DNA from: Candidatus Bilamarchaeaceae archaeon
GTDB taxonomy: Archaea > Micrarchaeota > Micrarchaeia > Anstonellales > Bilamarchaeaceae
NCBI GenBank assembly: GCA_038870635.1
Contig: JAVZJR010000001.1
Coordinates: forward strand, 180,839 to 244,838
DNA length: 64,000 nucleotides
Direction of reading: 5' to 3'
In this document: in pieces, positions 1 through 9,592 of the stretch
How the letters are laid out: the number at the start of each line of letters is the position of its first letter
Position numbering within the stretch: the first letter of the stretch is position 1
Program-made: the position numbers and the translations under genes
The notes under the pieces: generated by a model
What the model was told of the DNA's origin: nothing
The model's database searches: none
What the model saw: the letters and a program-made list of their open reading frames with translations, nothing else

Positions 1-243
1 ACAGTAAGAAGCAATGAAAACAGTAGAAAACATAAGACGGCTGCGGTGGCCGATGAAAACATAAGTCCACCGCACATAGAAAACAGAAAGTATAACAGAG
101 AATACAGTAAGAAGCAATGAAAACAGTAGAAAACATAAGACGGCTGCGGTGGCCGATGAAAACATAAGTCCACCGCACATAGAAAACAGAAAGTATAACA
201 GAGAATACAGTAAGAAGCAATGAAAACAGTAAGAATAAATTAA
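1..243 (-). repeat. tRNA-3'-linked tandem repeat array: two 103-bp units (1-103, 104-206) plus a partial unit; runs off the window edge
   Basis: Exact 103-bp tandem repeat with a TGCGGTGG...CCACCGCA hairpin and recurring GAAAAC hexamers; abuts the 3' end of tRNA-Ile. Confidence 0.95.
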
Positions 244-343
244 TGGGCCTGTGGAGATTCGAACTCCAGACCTACGGCTTTCTTAGAATGTATTAGAGGA
301 CGCCATATAAGACCGTCGCTCTAACCAGCTGAGCTACAGGCCC
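244..343 (-). tRNA. tRNA-Ile(UAU) with a 26-nt intron at 37/38
   Basis: Reverse complement folds as GGGCCTG acceptor, GCTC/GAGC D-stem, ACGGT-CT-TAT-A[intron]A-GCCGT and TGGAG-TTCGAAT-CTCCA; BHB helix CTTA/TAAG. Confidence 0.9.
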
Positions 344-400
344 ATTAAAAATAGAACTCAGCCGCAAATGTTTTTAATTGGTATATTTTTAAATACCTTT

Positions 401-1216
401 ATGATTCCCAACAAACAGAACGATATACGCGCCAAGTTTATGCGTAAGGCAAGAGAAAAGGTACAAGAAGCGCTAAAGAGCAGGGATATGGTGCTCAGCG
501 GCGTGGCACGTTCTATTGATGAACTTAATAAAACAATAAACCAACTTACTGAAAGATTTGAAAACTGGTATCAGGTTTATTTTCCTGAGTTAAAATTAGA
601 CGATAGAAGAAAATATGTGGAAGTTGCAGTGACAATAGAACGAGAAAACATAGATTTAGAAAAAATAAAAAAAATAGTTGGACCAAAAAAAGCAGAAGAG
701 ATCCTGACGCTAAATCAAAAAACACTTGGTGCAAAATTAAACAAAGAAGATGTTGATAAAATCAAAAAACTAGGCCAAAGCATTCTTGGGTTATACGAAC
801 TCTTAGATGAATTTACCAAATACGAGGAAAAAGTTGCAACAGAAGTGGCGCCGAACATATCTGCAGTTGCAGGACCGGATATAGCCGCAAAGTTAATAGC
901 TCATACTGGTTCTTTAGAAAGACTTGCTAAAATGCCTGCGAGCACAGTGCAGGTTTTAGGTGCAGAGAAGGCACTTTTCAAACATTTACGAAACAAAAGA
1001 ATTGCACCGCCAAAGCACGGAATAATATTCCAACATCCAAGCATATCCAACTCTCCTAAAAATTTAAGAGGGAAAATAGCAAGAGCTTTAGCAAATAAAA
1101 TAGCAATAGCTGCTAAAGCTGATGCCTTTACTAAAAACTACATCGCGGATAAGTTAAAGGAAGAATTTGATTCACGCACAGAAGAAGTTAAGAGCAACAA
1201 GAAAAAAAACGATTAG
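401..1216 (+). CDS. nop5: C/D box sRNP protein Nop5 (Nop56/58 family); start uncertain (368, 401 or 440)
   Basis: WY..YFPEL, LAKMPASTVQVLGAEKALF, PKHGIIFQHP and RGKIARALA motifs. Confidence 0.92.
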   Translation: MIPNKQNDIRAKFMRKAREKVQEALKSRDMVLSGVARSIDELNKTINQLTERFENWYQVYFPELKLDDRRKYVEVAVTIERENIDLEKIKKIVGPKKAEEILTLNQKTLGAKLNKEDVDKIKKLGQSILGLYELLDEFTKYEEKVATEVAPNISAVAGPDIAAKLIAHTGSLERLAKMPASTVQVLGAEKALFKHLRNKRIAPPKHGIIFQHPSISNSPKNLRGKIARALANKIAIAAKADAFTKNYIADKLKEEFDSRTEEVKSNKKKND

Positions 1217-1217
1217 T

Positions 1218-1847
1218 ATGAAAATATTAGTTTTTTCTGATTTACACGAAGAAGAGCAAGCACTTCAAAAAATAAAAGATTATGCTGAAAAAATAAAACC
1301 GGATTTAGTATTAAGTTGTGGCGATATAGCAAGAAGCGTTGATTTTGCAGAAAGAACGTTAAATTCTTTTTCAAATCTTTACTTTGTTCCGGGCAATTGG
1401 GACTCAAAGGCATCAAATGCTTTTTACGTGTTACAAAAAAATTTCATACACAAAAAAAGAGTAGAAGTTGAAAAGTTTAACATAGTTGGTTTTGGATTTT
1501 CACCAATTACACCATTTCATACCTATGGTGAAAAAAAAGAAAAAGAAATAAAAGAAGAAATGGAAGAATTGCCAATCGATAACAATACGATACTTGTTTT
1601 GCACGCCCCCCCAAAAGGGTTCTTTGATAAAACAAATAGCGGTGAAAAGATAGGTAGTGCGGCTGTTCTTGAAATTGTAAGAAAAAGAAAACCATTCGCG
1701 TGTATTTTTGGTCACGTACATGAAACAATTGGTTTTGTTAAAAAAGATGGAATAAATTATGTTAAGATACCGCCTGCAAAAGACAATAAGTGCGCTGTTC
1801 TTCATTTTAAAGAAAAATATTTTTCAGTTGAATTTGTTTATTTGTAA
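1218..1847 (+). CDS. Calcineurin-like metallophosphoesterase (Icc-like)
   Basis: SDLH, CGD, GNWD, HAPP and GHVHE motifs; ATG at 1218 follows the nop5 stop. Confidence 0.85.
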   Translation: MKILVFSDLHEEEQALQKIKDYAEKIKPDLVLSCGDIARSVDFAERTLNSFSNLYFVPGNWDSKASNAFYVLQKNFIHKKRVEVEKFNIVGFGFSPITPFHTYGEKKEKEIKEEMEELPIDNNTILVLHAPPKGFFDKTNSGEKIGSAAVLEIVRKRKPFACIFGHVHETIGFVKKDGINYVKIPPAKDNKCAVLHFKEKYFSVEFVYL

Positions 1848-1850
1848 AAA

Positions 1851-2597
1851 CTATTTAGGGGGTTTGCATAAATTGCCTTCTTCTTGGATTAGTTTATTTT
1901 GTGTCTCCTCGCTGATATCAGTTATAAGCTCCTCAGAAGAGTAATTTAAACAACAATCTTTTTGCACAGTGTATAATAGTTTATATCCTTCTTTATTCTT
2001 TTGCCATATCGCCAATACCTTGCCATTATTTTGGCCGCCATCATAAACCTTTACCTCTACATCCCCCTTACATCCATTTTTAAACATGCAAAAATTAGAA
2101 CCGACTATACCGCCGCATTTATTTCCTTCTCTGAAAAAAAATTCTCCAGAAATACCAACTTTTTCTATTTTAGCTTTTTCCCAATTTATTGGTTCTTTTA
2201 AATCAAAATAAATGAATGGTTCGATTTTATAATTTTTATTATCAGCTGAAGAATAAAAAAATTCGCTATAACTCAAAAATAAAACGTCTTTTTGTGTAAT
2301 TAAAAGAAGCCCTTTGTCATCCATAGATGCAAAATATACTTTTGAAGGTACAGCGACCTTCTTTTCTTCTCTTACTTCACCATTCTTATACGTTAAAGTA
2401 ATAATATATTTCTTATTATCTATTGCTATAGAAAAATTACCAGCATTATTGTAAATAATGGGTTGAGTAACAACTGATTTTTCTGTAGCATAAGAAACAG
2501 CAGATTCATAAAATTGAAAATTATTGAAAGTTGGCTTAGAAAAATATAAAGAAAGAAAAAGCATTGAAGAAGCGACAACTTTCTTAAATTTGTTCAT
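1851..2597 (-). CDS. Hypothetical exported protein
   Basis: 248-aa ORF with a basic N-terminus, a hydrophobic stretch and several Cys. Confidence 0.65.
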   Translation of the reverse strand: MNKFKKVVASSMLFLSLYFSKPTFNNFQFYESAVSYATEKSVVTQPIIYNNAGNFSIAIDNKKYIITLTYKNGEVREEKKVAVPSKVYFASMDDKGLLLITQKDVLFLSYSEFFYSSADNKNYKIEPFIYFDLKEPINWEKAKIEKVGISGEFFFREGNKCGGIVGSNFCMFKNGCKGDVEVKVYDGGQNNGKVLAIWQKNKEGYKLLYTVQKDCCLNYSSEELITDISEETQNKLIQEEGNLCKPPK

Positions 2598-2651
2598 TTT
2601 TTCACTTTTTTAATTCCTCTTCTTTCTTTTTTATTTTTTTCATTTCTTGGT

Positions 2652-2981
2652 CTAAAACTTGAAGAAGAGATGATTTTTGGTAGATATCCTTAAGTGAACG
2701 TACATCTGAAATAGAAAGTTCTTCACTACCATATAAAGCAAGCCTTTTTTATCATCTTCACTACATTTTATTAGGCTATTGTCCACCTTTTTTCGAACTA
2801 CAAAACCATTTAAATCTTCTTCTCTTATATTGCCAGTGACAAATTTATCTTTGAGATTAATCAGAAGATCTCTATTACCGGTTATAACGTATTTGTCCCC
2901 GTCAGGGGTAGTTAAAAGAAGTATACCTTTTTGTTCTTCTTTTCTTGTCTTAAATACATTATTTGCCATATTTAACACCAT
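2652..2981 (-). CDS. Hypothetical protein
   Basis: 109-aa ORF filling the gap; GGTG precedes the internal ATG (MANNVF). Confidence 0.55.
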   Translation of the reverse strand: MVLNMANNVFKTRKEEQKGILLLTTPDGDKYVITGNRDLLINLKDKFVTGNIREEDLNGFVVRKKVDNSLIKCSEDDKKGLLYMVVKNFLFQMYVHLRISTKNHLFFKF

Positions 2982-3099
2982 TAATATTTTGCATGGAAAG
3001 GTTTAAAAAACTCTTAAATTTTCTAAAAAACAAAAAACGAAAGAAAATGTTCCGTAGTGAAGACACCCGACGAATTTTAAAAAGTTTTTGTGGTTATAA

Positions 3100-3498
3100 A
3101 TGTGTATGGTATGCAAAGTCAGAGAGATAAAACCTAACGAACTTCGTATTGTTCTATCATTAATAAAAAAACTTTTTCCAAATGCAAACATTGAGATAGA
3201 TGAAGATGATATTTTTTATGTTGCAATTTTTAATGGAAAAATAGTAGGTTTCCTTCACATAACAGACACGGATGATTACATTTTTTTACGTGGAATAGGA
3301 GTTCATCCACAATACCAGCATAGCGGTCATGGAAGCGCTCTTCTAACCAAACTAGACGAGATAAGTACAGTATTATCAAAAAAAGTTTATCTTAAAGTAA
3401 AAGCATTTAATCCTGCCGTACTTCTTTATGAAAAATTTGGATTTATGATGCATCGTTTTGGCCCGACGTATACTTTAGTGAAAAAACCAAACAATTAG
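3100..3498 (+). CDS. GNAT family N-acetyltransferase
   Basis: IGVHPQYQHSGHGSALL acetyl-CoA motif; NPAVLLYEKFGF. Confidence 0.85.
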   Translation: MCMVCKVREIKPNELRIVLSLIKKLFPNANIEIDEDDIFYVAIFNGKIVGFLHITDTDDYIFLRGIGVHPQYQHSGHGSALLTKLDEISTVLSKKVYLKVKAFNPAVLLYEKFGFMMHRFGPTYTLVKKPNN

Positions 3499-3552
3499 TT
3501 TTAAAAACAAATATATACAAATAACCACTATTTCTATATTTGGTGAGAGGAT

Positions 3553-4398
3553 ATGCAAAACAAAAATATAAAAAAAAGACTGGAAAAAACAGCGAAAGAA
3601 TACGAAATTAATTTCAGAAAACTTAAGTATACTGGTAAAATAGAGGGAATAGCGAAAAAACAAGAACCTAAAAAATTAGTTATAGGCTCTCCTTTTGAAG
3701 TCCAAGCCTTAAAAAACGAAAAAGAATTACCAGGTACAACATTTGGAGTTAGTTGGCGTGCAGATTACGACGAAGTTGCGATAGCATCGATATACTACGC
3801 TGTTAGCCATTTTAAAAACATAGAACTTCATGTAGTAGGAGATAAAAAAACAAAAAGCGAAATAATAAACAGACTTAATAACTTAAAATTATTGCCGACA
3901 AAAATTGCAGAAAATAGTAAAGAAGAGGCTAAGTTTGTTTCTAAAGAGAGGATACGCGGAGTAGTTTTAAGTTGTGCGGACAGCAGAGTATTAGACAGTG
4001 CAATATTTGGAGAAGATAATATAATAATAAATAATGCAGGAAATGTCATTAGTTCGACAGTATTAGAAACAGTAAAATATTATCTATCAACTGCACATAT
4101 AGAACACATAACTGTTTTAGGACACAGCAACTGCGGAGCAGTAAATGCAGCCTGTTTTTTAACAGATGATAAAAATCTATTACCTATTATATTTAAGATA
4201 AAAACAGGCATTGTGCAACCTATAAAAAATATTGACGAAATCAGAGAAAGCCACTATATTGAAAATGCCAAAAATACACTAAAAGAATTAATTCAATTTC
4301 TACAATCTGAGACAATAAAAAAGATCTCTTTTTATGTTGGTTACCACGACCTCAACACAGGCACTACAACATTCCCATTTGGAATTGAAAGTATTTGA
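3553..4398 (+). CDS. Beta-class carbonic anhydrase-like protein with an N-terminal extension
   Basis: CADSR, NAGN and GHSNCGA zinc-ligand motifs in the C-terminal half. Confidence 0.8.
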   Translation: MQNKNIKKRLEKTAKEYEINFRKLKYTGKIEGIAKKQEPKKLVIGSPFEVQALKNEKELPGTTFGVSWRADYDEVAIASIYYAVSHFKNIELHVVGDKKTKSEIINRLNNLKLLPTKIAENSKEEAKFVSKERIRGVVLSCADSRVLDSAIFGEDNIIINNAGNVISSTVLETVKYYLSTAHIEHITVLGHSNCGAVNAACFLTDDKNLLPIIFKIKTGIVQPIKNIDEIRESHYIENAKNTLKELIQFLQSETIKKISFYVGYHDLNTGTTTFPFGIESI

Positions 4399-4399
4399 A

Positions 4400-4517
4400 T
4401 GGACTCGCGGGGAATTGAACCCCGAGTCTCTGCCTTTTTTTGCCGCGTCAACTAAATAAAAATGATCAGTTGACTACGGCTTGCGAAAGCAGCGTCTTAC
4501 CATTCGACTACGAGCCC
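4400..4517 (-). tRNA. tRNA-Ala(CGC) with a 46-nt hairpin intron at 37/38 (4436-4481)
   Basis: GGGCTCG/CGAGTCC acceptor with G3:U70; CTGCT-TT-CGC-A anticodon arm; TTCAATT T-loop. Confidence 0.9.
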
Positions 4518-4569
4518 TAAAATTATCTTAAGAGAGAAGATTTTTAAGGGCTTACAACGAATTTTTAAC

Positions 4570-6882
4570 ATGTGCAATCTTTATTTAGAAGGAAATAGAG
4601 CGGTTGTTGATTTGTCTAAATGCCCCTATGAATTTGCTTCACCAGAGTTTATCAATTTTCATCTAAAAGATCTGTCAACGACCACACAACCAATAAAAAG
4701 AATAAGATATGAAGAAGAGATAGTAGTGGAGTTAGATGAGGAAAAAACCTTTGTACTCACAGAATACGCTGCATTCATAAGACAACTTGAAACAGTAATG
4801 CTCAGAGACGATATATATGGAATGAAAGAAGACCCACAATACGTAAATAGAAAAAATGTTTTGAAGAGATTTTACGAATATGTTTTTCTTAATCCACTTA
4901 TAGCCGAGCAACAGCTCGCCGATTATGAAGAACCAACACCAGACCGAGCGATATTCGAAAAAGGAAGAGCAACATTCGAAGGCTGGGTTGGAGGTATACT
5001 AAAAAGATTTAAAGCAACGAAACTATATGCTCTAGTAAAACAGACTGGAGACCTTAGGAATGCATTTCTTTCATTAGCAGGTTTGAAAAGCCTTTATTTC
5101 GTTGCATCTTTAGTTTTAGATATACCAAAAAATGCAAAGCCTCTCGATGACCCAGATGCCAAGTATAGCCTTCCTTATGGTGTGGAAGTACAAATATATG
5201 AAGTACCTGGCGGAGAGGCATATCTCTATGTTCAAAGAAATACAATAATAGAACAGCTGCCTCCTGAATTAAACAAACTATTAAGAGAAACTATAAACGA
5301 GCAAATGAAGGAAAGTTTTGAAGAAGTGAAATGGGAAATCCTAATGCAACTTAAAACAAGAGAGTACAGACAATACTTTATAGATAGAGCGATGATGGAA
5401 GGAATAAAGATAACACCAGAGCAAGCGCTTGCGATGGGACATGAGTGTGCAGCTTGGGTAGTTGGTTTAGGCGCGTACATAGAGAATATGGCGCTTGATA
5501 AAAACAATATAACTGATATTTATATCGATAGCGAGAACTCTCCTCTTTATGTAGAACACGCAAAGTTTGGAATTTGTCATACTCTTTATAGATATAATAG
5601 AGATTTGCTCGAGCGCTCTTTTAAGAACATTGTAAGAACAACTGGTGGGTTGAGAAAATTTGATGAGGGCTCACCTATATTTGATGGTGTAGTAAAAAGG
5701 TTGAGTATGCGATGCCACCTTCAAAGACCGCCAGCAACTTTTGAAGAGTTACAAGGTGCATTGCGTATAATGAAGGAACAGCCTTTTACTTACGCCCAAT
5801 ACCTAGATTATTATTCCATGAGCCCATACTTAGCAGGGTATGATGATGTTTTAGTTGGACTTGGTTGTAGCGAGGCTGTGTTAGGGTTAAAAGGTGTAGG
5901 AAAAACGATGTTTACTGCTGCAAAGATAACATCAATAGGTACAAGAAGAAGAGTGCTTCCCATACAAGACATAGAAGAAATACCTGTTCGTGCTTTTAGA
6001 AAGCGAGGTTTTCACATTGGCGCGGCTAGAGTGCAAAGTAGTGAAATAGAAACAGGCAGAACAACAGAACTAGACCTTGTATCAATGGCGAATGCATTAT
6101 TGAGAATGGGCGATGCGGCAATAATAATAAACGAAGTTCGTTCACGTTCTGCAGTCCAGGGTATAATTAATCTTCTCAATACGCAACCTGGCGTATTCTT
6201 ACTTTATAACCTTCACGCCGAGTCCTTGCGTGATGTCCAAGATAGATTAGAGTTAGTTTTCGGGATACCAGCGGCCAGCATGTATGCTACTGATAGGTAT
6301 TCTTTCCTTAAAAAAGTAAGATTTGGAAGAAAAGGAAGAATTTACAGAGTTCTTGGATTTGAATATGAAAGCGACATAGAACAGAAAAAATTTGTCGAAG
6401 TATTTAGATTTAGAAGAGGGCCGTCAATAGAACAATGCATGTGGGAATGCAAATTCTTACGTAATCCAGAAGCAAGCGCAAATAAATTCGATAAACTTGA
6501 TATGAAAAAAATGGAAAAGGAGTTAGATATTGCGTTCATACCACCTGCACTAATCAGAAGAGCGGAAGAGAGCGGGATACCACCAGAGCAGTACTTATTA
6601 CAAGCTTTCTTTAAAGGTAAGATGTATTACGATATAATGAAAACAAGCAGGCTACTTGAGGACAAACTATTATTAGAAATCGACTTTGTTATAAAAGCAA
6701 ACACTGCTGCAAACAAATTACTAGCATCACTTGAGAATGAGAATGGAGAGGTTGATTTTGGAGATGCTATGGAAAAATGGGAACCAATGTTCAAAAAAAT
6801 AGTAAAAGAAGATATAGAGGAGAGAAAACTTAAAAGCGGGAGTTCTTCTAATGGAAAAAAGATTATAGAGGAAAAAAAGTAA
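4570..6882 (+). CDS. Type II/IV secretion ATPase (VirB11/TadA/FlaI superfamily) with a long N-terminal extension
   Basis: ITDIYID, Walker A GLKGVGKT, Asp box IQDIEE, Walker B LRMGDAAIIINEVR and His box HAES. Confidence 0.8.
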   Translation: MCNLYLEGNRAVVDLSKCPYEFASPEFINFHLKDLSTTTQPIKRIRYEEEIVVELDEEKTFVLTEYAAFIRQLETVMLRDDIYGMKEDPQYVNRKNVLKRFYEYVFLNPLIAEQQLADYEEPTPDRAIFEKGRATFEGWVGGILKRFKATKLYALVKQTGDLRNAFLSLAGLKSLYFVASLVLDIPKNAKPLDDPDAKYSLPYGVEVQIYEVPGGEAYLYVQRNTIIEQLPPELNKLLRETINEQMKESFEEVKWEILMQLKTREYRQYFIDRAMMEGIKITPEQALAMGHECAAWVVGLGAYIENMALDKNNITDIYIDSENSPLYVEHAKFGICHTLYRYNRDLLERSFKNIVRTTGGLRKFDEGSPIFDGVVKRLSMRCHLQRPPATFEELQGALRIMKEQPFTYAQYLDYYSMSPYLAGYDDVLVGLGCSEAVLGLKGVGKTMFTAAKITSIGTRRRVLPIQDIEEIPVRAFRKRGFHIGAARVQSSEIETGRTTELDLVSMANALLRMGDAAIIINEVRSRSAVQGIINLLNTQPGVFLLYNLHAESLRDVQDRLELVFGIPAASMYATDRYSFLKKVRFGRKGRIYRVLGFEYESDIEQKKFVEVFRFRRGPSIEQCMWECKFLRNPEASANKFDKLDMKKMEKELDIAFIPPALIRRAEESGIPPEQYLLQAFFKGKMYYDIMKTSRLLEDKLLLEIDFVIKANTAANKLLASLENENGEVDFGDAMEKWEPMFKKIVKEDIEERKLKSGSSSNGKKIIEEKK

Positions 6883-6900
6883 ATTTTTTAGTGGTTTTTT

Positions 6901-8205
6901 ATGCTAGGTAACAAGCTAAGAGAAGCTATCGCAAAACTCACTGGTAGGCCTTATGTAGACGAAGCTGCAGTAAAATCATTGATAAAAGACTTGCAAAGAG
7001 TACTGCTCGCATCTGATGTTAATGTAAAATTAGTTTTTGAATTATCTAAAAGAATAGAAGAAAGAGCATTGAAAACTGAAAAAAAAGAAGCACTCACTCT
7101 TAAAGAACATGTTGTAAAGGTAGTTTACGAAGAACTTGTGCGCTTAATGGGCGAAACTTACGCGCCCCGCGTCGATAAACACAAAGTACTGCTTTGCGGC
7201 CTTTACGGAAGTGGAAAAACAACAACTTGCGCAAAGCTTGCAAAATTCTATAAAAACAATGGATTAAGCGTTCTTCTCGTAGGTGCAGATGTTGATAGGC
7301 CGGCAGCACAAGAACAGTTACAACAGCTTGCACAAAAGGTTGGTGCCAAGTTTTACACCGCAAAAACAGACGCACCTTCGATAGTAAAAAGCGCATTAGA
7401 AAATGCCAAAGAAGATGTAATCATAGTAGATTCCGCAGGAAGGAGCGCATTAGATGACGAACTCGCAAAAGAGTTAAAAATGGTTTACGAAGCACTAAAA
7501 CCAGAAGAGGTATTCTTAGTTATAACAGCGGATATCGGTCAAGTTGCTGGCAAGCAAGCAACAGAATTTAACAAAATAGCGCCAATAAGCGGAGTCATAG
7601 TAACAAGAATGGATGGAAGCGGAAAAGGGGGCGGAGCACTTTCTGCTGTCGCTGCAACTGGTGCAAAAATAGCCTTTATAGGTGTTGGTGAAAAAATAGA
7701 GGACTTTGAAGTTTATAAATCTGAAAAGTTTGTTGGAAGACTTTTAGGAATGCCTGATCTTGAAACTCTTTTAGAAAAAATAAAGCAAGTAACTAAAGAA
7801 GAAGATTTGAAAAAAATAGAAAGCGAAGGTTTGACAATAGAAACATTTTATGAGCAACTCAAAGCCGCTAAAAAACTTGGCCCGTTAAGTAATATTTTTT
7901 CCATGCTTGGTGTAAGCAACCTTCCAAAAGAAATCATCCAGCAAAGCGAAGAGAAAATGAAGAAATATGAAGCGATAATAAACTCTATGACAAAGGCAGA
8001 GAAAAAAGATCCTAAATTAGTTAAAGGTAGCAAAAGCAGGATTGCAAGAATAGCAAAGGGAAGTGGATGTAGTGAAAATGAAATACGTGAATTCCTTTCA
8101 CAGTTTGAGAAAGTTGAAAAGATGATGGAAAAATTCCAGAAAGACCGTGGTTTTAGGGCAAAGATGGAAAAGATGATGAAAGGGATACCGCCGGGTGTAA
8201 TGTAA
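6901..8205 (+). CDS. srp54: Signal recognition particle protein SRP54
   Basis: GLYGSGKTTT, DSAGR, GKGGGALS and M-domain SRIARIAKGSG. Confidence 0.95.
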   Translation: MLGNKLREAIAKLTGRPYVDEAAVKSLIKDLQRVLLASDVNVKLVFELSKRIEERALKTEKKEALTLKEHVVKVVYEELVRLMGETYAPRVDKHKVLLCGLYGSGKTTTCAKLAKFYKNNGLSVLLVGADVDRPAAQEQLQQLAQKVGAKFYTAKTDAPSIVKSALENAKEDVIIVDSAGRSALDDELAKELKMVYEALKPEEVFLVITADIGQVAGKQATEFNKIAPISGVIVTRMDGSGKGGGALSAVAATGAKIAFIGVGEKIEDFEVYKSEKFVGRLLGMPDLETLLEKIKQVTKEEDLKKIESEGLTIETFYEQLKAAKKLGPLSNIFSMLGVSNLPKEIIQQSEEKMKKYEAIINSMTKAEKKDPKLVKGSKSRIARIAKGSGCSENEIREFLSQFEKVEKMMEKFQKDRGFRAKMEKMMKGIPPGVM

Positions 8206-9488
8206 TGTTTGGTATTGCAGGAATAAGAGGACCATACGGAAGTTGCATAACAGAAGAACTTATAGAAGGAATAACCAAAAATTTTGCTGAAGGAAAAATT
8301 GCAATAGGGAGGGATATAAGGCAGTCTGGAAAAAGCCTTAAAGAAGCAGCAATAAGAGGGGCGATAGAGGCAGGAAGCGATGTTTACGATTTAGGAATAG
8401 CACCCACACCAACTGTTGCGCTTGCGTCAAAAAAATATGGTTTGGGCGCCATGATAACTGCTTCCCACAATCCTATTGACCATAATGGAATAAAACTTAT
8501 GAAAAAAGGAAGAGAACTTACGCCAGAAGAAGGCAATACTATTTACCAAAACTACCTTACAAAAAAAGAAAAAATCTCAAATAAAAAAGGCAATGTCTTC
8601 TTTGATAACGAAACAATTAAAGAACACATAGAACTCATAAAAAAAGAGGTTAAAGTAGAAAAAAAACTTAAAGTAATTATTGATTGTAACGGAGCTGCAG
8701 CTGTGATTACTCCTTATTTAATTCATTCACTCGGCTGTGACGTAATAAGCATAAACACTTCCTTAGAAGAATTTTTTCGACCATCAGAGCCAAAACAGGA
8801 AAATCTTTTAGCATTATCTTCTGCGGTAAGAGCGATGAAAGCAGATATAGGAATAGCACACGACGCAGATGCAGATAGATGTATTGTGCTTGACAGAAAT
8901 GGAAAACAGATACCTCTTGATGTGCAACTTGCAATAATGATAGAAGAGGAAATGAAAAGAGGTGCAAAAAAAATAGGTGCAACAGTGGAAGCCTCACTTT
9001 TAATTAGAGAAACAGTAGAAAAAAACAATGGAAAGGTAGTTATCACACCTGTGGGAAGCACCTATCTTGCACTAGAAATAGAAAAAGAAAAAGTAGATTT
9101 TGCAGGAGAACCTTGTGGAGAGTATATTTATAAAAATGGGATTTTAGCACCAGATGGCGTGATGACTGCCGCAAAATTTGTGGAGATTGCTTCAAAGCAA
9201 GATTTATTAGAACTTACCAAAAAATACACTACCTACCCTATAATACGTAAATGGTACCATGTAACGCAAAAGCATTTCTTAATGGAAAAAATAAAAAAAG
9301 AGATAGCCGAAAGATATCCAAAATTTAGCGATCTTGATGGGATAAGAGTTGATGAAGAAGATGGATGGTTTCTGGTGAGAGCTTCTGGAACAGAAGATAT
9401 AATTCGCCTCACTATGGAATACAAAGATGAAAAAAAGTTGCAAAATCGAAAAAAAGAAATAGAAAAAATAATAAGAACAATACTCTAA
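8205..9488 (+). CDS. Phosphoglucosamine mutase / phosphomannomutase family
   Basis: FG..GIRG, TASHNP, DADADR and RASGTE motifs. Confidence 0.9.
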   Translation: MFGIAGIRGPYGSCITEELIEGITKNFAEGKIAIGRDIRQSGKSLKEAAIRGAIEAGSDVYDLGIAPTPTVALASKKYGLGAMITASHNPIDHNGIKLMKKGRELTPEEGNTIYQNYLTKKEKISNKKGNVFFDNETIKEHIELIKKEVKVEKKLKVIIDCNGAAAVITPYLIHSLGCDVISINTSLEEFFRPSEPKQENLLALSSAVRAMKADIGIAHDADADRCIVLDRNGKQIPLDVQLAIMIEEEMKRGAKKIGATVEASLLIRETVEKNNGKVVITPVGSTYLALEIEKEKVDFAGEPCGEYIYKNGILAPDGVMTAAKFVEIASKQDLLELTKKYTTYPIIRKWYHVTQKHFLMEKIKKEIAERYPKFSDLDGIRVDEEDGWFLVRASGTEDIIRLTMEYKDEKKLQNRKKEIEKIIRTIL

Positions 9489-9592
9489 TTCATTATAGAA
9501 TATCTCTGTTTTCTTGATTTTTGTGTATCAATTACTTACCTTTTGTGTAGATTTTGATCTTCATATATATTTTTATTTTTTACGAACGTTTT

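Noticed and set aside
40..80. Hammerhead ribozyme or box C/D sRNA in the hairpin cassettes (GATGAAAAC)
   Set aside because: No CUGAUGA core with a stem II/GAAA arrangement, and no RUGAUGA plus CUGA box pair
1..243. CRISPR array (GAAAAC resembles CRISPR repeat ends)
   Set aside because: Whole ~103-bp units repeat with no unique spacers, and there are no cas genes in the window
2598..2643. Poly-A frameshift extending the 248-aa ORF upstream (MKKIKKKEEELKK)
   Set aside because: GTGAAAAAATG before the ATG at 2597 matches this genome's usual RBS-start pattern, so no frameshift is needed
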